A DNA stretch of 64,000 nt, from the NCBI GenBank assembly GCA_965237955.1, contig OZ250169.1, positions 2,112,001 to 2,176,000 of the forward strand, in the 5' to 3' direction. The notes under the pieces were generated by a model that worked only from the letters and a program-made list of their open reading frames with translations, was not told where the DNA came from and did not search any database. Positions 59,298-64,000 of this stretch are shown piece after piece. The DNA comes from Candidatus Marinacidobacterales bacterium (GTDB lineage: Bacteria; Acidobacteriota; Vicinamibacteria; Marinacidobacterales; SMYC01). Positions within the stretch are counted from its first letter, which is position 1; every line of letters starts with the position of its first letter. A program made the translations under genes and the position numbers.

Positions 59298-59634
59298 GTC
59301 CCGGTGAGGATAGCAGAACTCAAGCAAGCGAGACAAGGCGGTTTCGATGGACTTCGCAACCCCGCGGATCAGAGGTTCCAACCGTTTTGTTTCTCCGCCT
59401 CGAACGAGAATCCTTTTTTTCCAAATCTAGCCGTTACGGGAGGGATCCGCCTCCCTATTTCGTCTAGAGCACTCCGCAAGCCAGATCAAGCGCTTTTTCC
59501 GCTCGCCGACTCCAGACGAGCGTCATGAACAAAAGCATGGCACCTCGTCACTCTCGCAGTCGTCAGGCGACACCGTCGCCATTGACGGCGGGCGTCATCT
59601 TACCTGCGCCAGATGAGCTTGATGAGCTTGAAGC

Positions 59635-61314
59635 TCAGCCAAGCACTTCTCTCACGCCTGCGATCGCCTCCTCGCGGCCACGGGTGAAGCGCAAGATGCC
59701 TTCGAAGACGAGCCAGAGCGCCAGAAAGAGCACGATGCCGCCGACCGCGAGCAGCAGGTAGCTCCCCTGATTGAAGAATCGGACTACGTTGATGATCATC
59801 GCCGCGATGGTCGTGACCAGCATGAACACCATGGGGATGGCGGTGTAGAGATAGTTCTTCTTGCGGAAATACAAATAGAGCGTCACCGTCAAAAGCGTCA
59901 GCCCGGCCATCACTTGATTCGTGGTTCCGAAGACCGCCCAGAGCACGACGCCCGCCGGGCGCCCATCCACTTGGAGGAGCGCGAAAAAGCCAATCGCTCC
60001 GACGGATAACGCGGTGGCGATGTAGCGGTTCGCGAGCACGGGCATCTTGACGGTCTCCGCTACCTCTTCGATGTTGTATCGAAGAAGCCGCGTCGCCGAG
60101 TCGAGCGTCGTGAGCGCGAACGACACCGCCACCAGCGCGACGAAGGACTTTCCGAGGTTCGGGTCGATCCCGAGTGTCGCGAGAAACGTTCCCGATCCGG
60201 AAACGAACGCGTTCAAGTTGGACGCGAGACCATCCGCACTCTCCCAGCTCGAGTAGTGGTCCCGCCAAGCGGTCGCGGTCGCGAATCCTGCGGTGCATGC
60301 GAGCACCGCGGCGAGCCCGAGAACACTCTCGCACACCATCGCCCCGTAGCCGATGAATACGGCATCCTCTTCTTTGTCGAGCTGTTTCGCAGTCGTGCCC
60401 GATGAGACGAGCGCGTGGAAGCCCGAAACGGCACCGCATGCGATGACGATGAACACGAACGGGTAGATGGGCGGCGCCCCGGGAGGATGGGCGTCGAACG
60501 CGGGCGCGACGAACGCGGGCCTCAACATGACGAAGCCCACGAGGATCGCGGCGAGGCCGAGATACAAAAGGAGCGAGTTCAGGAAGTCCCTCGGTTGCAG
60601 CAGAAGCCACACCGGGAGCACCGACGCCAGGAATGCATAGCCGAGAAGCAAGTAGCTCCACGTCACAACGGCCAGATCCGGAGCCGGCAAGATGCGCCCG
60701 AGATAGACGGCGATGAGCGTTAGTGTGAAACCCGCGACGGTCAGACGTCCCAGAGGCACGCCCTTTTTGTAGAACAAAACGCCCATGATGACGGCGAGCA
60801 CCATCAGTGAGAAGCTCGGAAATACCGCCTCGGGGTAGAAGTTCGCCGAGAACAATTGAGACACGACCTGGACGAACACCCCCATGGCGAGCGCGATCAA
60901 GAAAATAATGATCGCGTGAAATAGACTCTTGGCACGATGGCCGATGATGCTCTCGGCGACCTTGCCAATCGACTTGCCTTGGGCGCGCAAGCTGACCGCC
61001 AAGGCGCTAAAATCATGGACGGCACCGATGAAAATGGTCCCGAGAACGACCCAGATCATCGCGGGGACCCAGCCCCACATGACGGCGATCGCGGGACCGA
61101 GCATGGGCGCCAGGCCAGCGATGGACGCGAAGTGATGCCCAAAGAGAACGTAGCGCTTACACGGGACGTAGTCGCGACCGTCTTCGAGGGCGTGTGCGGG
61201 AGTCTCCCTCGCTCCGGTCAGCTCGAAGAGGTTTTGCGCGATACGCTTTGCGTAGAAGTGATAACCAAGCAGATAGACACCAAAGCAGCACGCGGCTGCC
61301 ACAACCGGGCTCAT
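59635..61314 (-). CDS. cstA: Carbon starvation protein A family transporter
   Basis: LFGHHFASIAG, GAVHDF, LPVWLLLQPRD, IACGAVSGFH, FALTTLDSATRL. Confidence 0.95.
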   Translation of the reverse strand: MSPVVAAACCFGVYLLGYHFYAKRIAQNLFELTGARETPAHALEDGRDYVPCKRYVLFGHHFASIAGLAPMLGPAIAVMWGWVPAMIWVVLGTIFIGAVHDFSALAVSLRAQGKSIGKVAESIIGHRAKSLFHAIIIFLIALAMGVFVQVVSQLFSANFYPEAVFPSFSLMVLAVIMGVLFYKKGVPLGRLTVAGFTLTLIAVYLGRILPAPDLAVVTWSYLLLGYAFLASVLPVWLLLQPRDFLNSLLLYLGLAAILVGFVMLRPAFVAPAFDAHPPGAPPIYPFVFIVIACGAVSGFHALVSSGTTAKQLDKEEDAVFIGYGAMVCESVLGLAAVLACTAGFATATAWRDHYSSWESADGLASNLNAFVSGSGTFLATLGIDPNLGKSFVALVAVSFALTTLDSATRLLRYNIEEVAETVKMPVLANRYIATALSVGAIGFFALLQVDGRPAGVVLWAVFGTTNQVMAGLTLLTVTLYLYFRKKNYLYTAIPMVFMLVTTIAAMIINVVRFFNQGSYLLLAVGGIVLFLALWLVFEGILRFTRGREEAIAGVREVLG

Positions 61315-61388
61315 AGAGAGTTGCTCCTCCGTACTAGAATTATAGAGCCCGTGTCGAACCGGAGACAAATCGAGATGGAGTCATCAAC

Positions 61389-62714
61389 TTGCAGAACTTG
61401 AAAGGCTTCCGGGATTTCTTCCCGGAAGAGATGGCTGAACGGAACCACCTGTTCGAGACGTGGAGGCGGGTCGCCACCCGTTTCGGTTTCGTCGAGTACG
61501 ACGGCCCGCCGCTCGAGTTGCTCGAGCTCTACACGAGAAAATCGGGCGACGAGATCGTGGAGCAGCTCTACCACTTCGAGGACAAAGGCGGCCGCCAAGT
61601 CGCACTTCGACCGGAGATGACGCCGACCTTCGCCCGTATGATGGCCGCGCGTGTCACCACGCTCCCGAAGCCCATCAAATGGTTCTCGATCCCTCAACTT
61701 TTTCGATACGAGAAAAACCAGCGCGGGCGACTGCGAGAGCACTTCCAGCTGAACGTCGACATCGTCGGCGCGCCGGGAGTCGTTGCCGACGCCGAGCTCC
61801 TCGCGGTAGCGCTGGCGGTTCAACTCGAGCTCGGCCTTCGGCGGGACGACGTCGTAGCTCGTGTCAACGATCGCCGCGTTGTCGCAGGTGCGCTAGGCGT
61901 CCTAGGCGTGACCGGCGACCAAATCGCCGATGTTTATGCCGCCCTCGACAAGTTCCAGAAAATCTCCTCCGCGGAAAAATTCACGGCTCTGTTGCGAGAT
62001 TCCGGTGTCCCAACCGATTCCATCCACGAGCTCACGACGCTTTGCGACGGGAGCACCACGATTTTCGATTGGTTCGGACCGCATCTCGGCGAGGTCGACG
62101 AGACCACACGCGACGCGCTATCGGACTTCGAAAAATATCTCGGCCTCATACACGAGAAGGGCCTAGGCGACCTAATAGAGGTGGATTTTTCCATCGTGCG
62201 CGGGCTCGCTTATTACACCGGCATCGTGTTCGAGCTCTACGACCGCAAGGGCAAGGAGCGCGCGATCTGTGGCGGCGGCAGGTACGACGACCTCATCGCC
62301 TCGCTCGGAGGACCCGACATGCCCGCGCTCGGCTTCGGCATGGGCGATGTCGTGTTGAGCTTGATCTTGCGAGATCGCAGCTTGATGCCCGAGACTCCCG
62401 CGCGCGCCGACGTCGTCGTCATCCCGGTGGGCGACGAGCTCGCTCGAGCGGCGCGCGAGGTGACCGAAGAGCTCAGGCGAGCCGACGTGCGGGCGGAAAC
62501 GCCGTACGCACCGGCGGGCGTTTCAAAAGATTTGAAGGCCGCCAATCAACACCGGATTCCCTACGCCGTGATCGTCGGTCCCGACGAGTGGGAAGCACGC
62601 GAGGTCAACCTCAAAGACTTGAAAGCGGGCGATCAAGAGCGCGTGGCGCTGAGCGAGCTCGCCGATCGAGTTCGCGCTCGTCGTCATCAGTCGACCCGTT
62701 CGACACGAACATGA
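61389..62714 (+). CDS. hisS: Histidine--tRNA ligase
   Basis: KGFRDF, LRPEMT, FRYE..QRGRLREHFQ, VRGLAYYTG, GGGRYD. Confidence 0.97.
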   Translation: MQNLKGFRDFFPEEMAERNHLFETWRRVATRFGFVEYDGPPLELLELYTRKSGDEIVEQLYHFEDKGGRQVALRPEMTPTFARMMAARVTTLPKPIKWFSIPQLFRYEKNQRGRLREHFQLNVDIVGAPGVVADAELLAVALAVQLELGLRRDDVVARVNDRRVVAGALGVLGVTGDQIADVYAALDKFQKISSAEKFTALLRDSGVPTDSIHELTTLCDGSTTIFDWFGPHLGEVDETTRDALSDFEKYLGLIHEKGLGDLIEVDFSIVRGLAYYTGIVFELYDRKGKERAICGGGRYDDLIASLGGPDMPALGFGMGDVVLSLILRDRSLMPETPARADVVVIPVGDELARAAREVTEELRRADVRAETPYAPAGVSKDLKAANQHRIPYAVIVGPDEWEAREVNLKDLKAGDQERVALSELADRVRARRHQSTRSTRT

Positions 62715-62926
62715 TCGTCGTCGGCCGGGTGCACTCGGAACAAAACGCCCTCGGGAATCAAATCGGGGTCGCGGAACGCCGGCATCGGACGTGAAGGATC
62801 GCGAATGTAGAGATCGCCCTGGGGAACTAGCGCCCCGATGAACAGGAGCTCCCGCCACTTGCGCCGCGGAAGCAAGAACGAGCTTCCTTCCCGCGTGACG
62901 TTCTCGAACGGCCTTTCGTCTACCAT
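62687..62926 (-). CDS. Small hypothetical protein
   Basis: 79-aa ORF filling the hisS-methyltransferase gap with natural-looking composition; no motif recognised. Confidence 0.45.
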   Translation of the reverse strand: MVDERPFENVTREGSSFLLPRRKWRELLFIGALVPQGDLYIRDPSRPMPAFRDPDLIPEGVLFRVHPADDDHVRVERVD

Positions 62927-62937
62927 AAGGGTCTAGC

Positions 62938-63657
62938 ATGGCCCGCATCCGCGCCGTTCTCGTCCGACCCGAAAGCACGGCCAACATCGGTGCGGCTGCC
63001 CGCGTCATCATGAACACCGGGCTCGAAGGACTCGATCTCGTCGATCCCGGTGACTGGCGCACCATCGAAGCTTGGCGGATGGCGTGGCGTGCCGAAGACA
63101 TTCTAGAACAAACCCGGGTGTTCGAGACGCTCGCGGTCGCGCTCGAGGACGCGGTGTACGTCGCCGGCTTTGCTGGGCGCACCGGCATGCGGGTCGAGCC
63201 GATCACGCCGAAGGCGATGGCATCCGAAGTGGCCGCGCTCGAGGAAGACGCCCCGGTCGCTCTCGTTTTCGGGTGCGAATCCACGGGTCTCACCGAGAAC
63301 GATCTCACCCATTGCCAACGCCGGGTGTTCATCCCCACCGACGAACGCCAGGCTTCTCTCAACCTTGCCCAAGCGGTGATGGTTGCCGGCTACGAGCTCT
63401 TACTCGCCGACTCACCCCAGACGACGCCCCCGGCGCGCGCTCCCAGCAAAGACGCGGAACAGGCGCTCTCGAACCTCGAACACGCGTTTCTCGAAGTCGG
63501 TTTCTTGACCCACGACAACGCCCGTCCACGATTCGCCGAGTGGCGCGAGCTATTCGGGCGCGCCGGATTAACGTCGCGCGAAGTCCACCTGGTGATGGCG
63601 CTCGCGCGCAAGATCAAAAATGCCGGAAGAATTGTGAAGGAATCTAAGAAGCCTTGA
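62938..63657 (+). CDS. SPOUT RNA methyltransferase, TrmJ/LasT family
   Basis: VLVRP..NIGAAARVIMNTG, LVFGCESTGLT, SLNLAQAV. Confidence 0.9.
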   Translation: MARIRAVLVRPESTANIGAAARVIMNTGLEGLDLVDPGDWRTIEAWRMAWRAEDILEQTRVFETLAVALEDAVYVAGFAGRTGMRVEPITPKAMASEVAALEEDAPVALVFGCESTGLTENDLTHCQRRVFIPTDERQASLNLAQAVMVAGYELLLADSPQTTPPARAPSKDAEQALSNLEHAFLEVGFLTHDNARPRFAEWRELFGRAGLTSREVHLVMALARKIKNAGRIVKESKKP

Positions 63658-64000
63658 TGTGCTTCCTAAAAAAGTCCTGAATGCGGTTCCATGCGTCCGT
63701 CGCCGCGGCGAGATTGTAGACTTCGCGCTCGTCGTTGAAAAAAGCGTGATCTACGTCGGGGTAAATGTGGAAGTCGGTGCCGACTCCGGCGTTCCCGAGC
63801 GTTTGCTCGAGCGCGTTCACAACGTCTGGGTTCACGAAGCCGTCTTTCTCGGCAAAGAGTCCCAACACCGGCGCTCTTAATTGAGAGTAGTCCGGCTTGA
63901 CGTTCGAATGGATGCCGTAGAAATCAACGCACGCGCCAATACGCGCGTTCTTGCTCGCCGCAAACAGAGCGAGCTGCCCCCCCCATGCAAAAGCCAACGA
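63644..64000 (-). CDS. Dienelactone hydrolase family protein, partial
   Basis: VGFCMGG nucleophile motif restored if the C8 run at 63977-63984 is C7; FYG, HAFFND. Confidence 0.85.
   Translation of the reverse strand, partial: SLAFAWGGQLALFAASKNARIGACVDFYGIHSNVKPDYSQLRAPVLGLFAEKDGFVNPDVVNALEQTLGNAGVGTDFHIYPDVDHAFFNDEREVYNLAAATDAWNRIQDFFRKHIKAS

Overview
High-GC bacterial chromosomal window, most likely Acidobacteriota (inferred from the ADOP-type permease, the VWA protein and the 'ARLLVSEIKLYNE' protein). It is mostly housekeeping DNA: a Cpx-like two-component system with a Spy/CpxP-like partner, M16 peptidase, double cyclophilin, YpdA, rpoZ, a heterodimeric ABC exporter, Na/Pi cotransporter, lytic transglycosylase, tmRNA, cstA and hisS. 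The largest block is a ~12 kb co-oriented respiratory cluster (28585-40552, minus strand). It encodes a Rieske protein, a split b6-type cytochrome b, a 941-aa eight-heme cytochrome c and an A1-type heme-copper oxidase with its heme O/A synthases, and it faces a putative type-1 copper lipoprotein. A decayed island follows the tmRNA 3' end (~55983-59514). It holds a serine recombinase remnant whose reading frame runs antisense through the tmRNA, an IS5/IS903-type element, degenerate attC-like sites around a SnoaL gene, and a broken tyrosine integrase. A 116-bp non-autonomous element (MITE) occurs twice, each time in a GCTAGC site. Intergenic DNA carries several families of palindromes built from 7-9-mer tandem repeats, plus many gene remnants and single-base frameshifts, some of which may be assembly errors. 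No CRISPR array, rRNA or tRNA gene was seen. All family assignments come from motif recognition by eye; no database search was run, so novelty is unverified.
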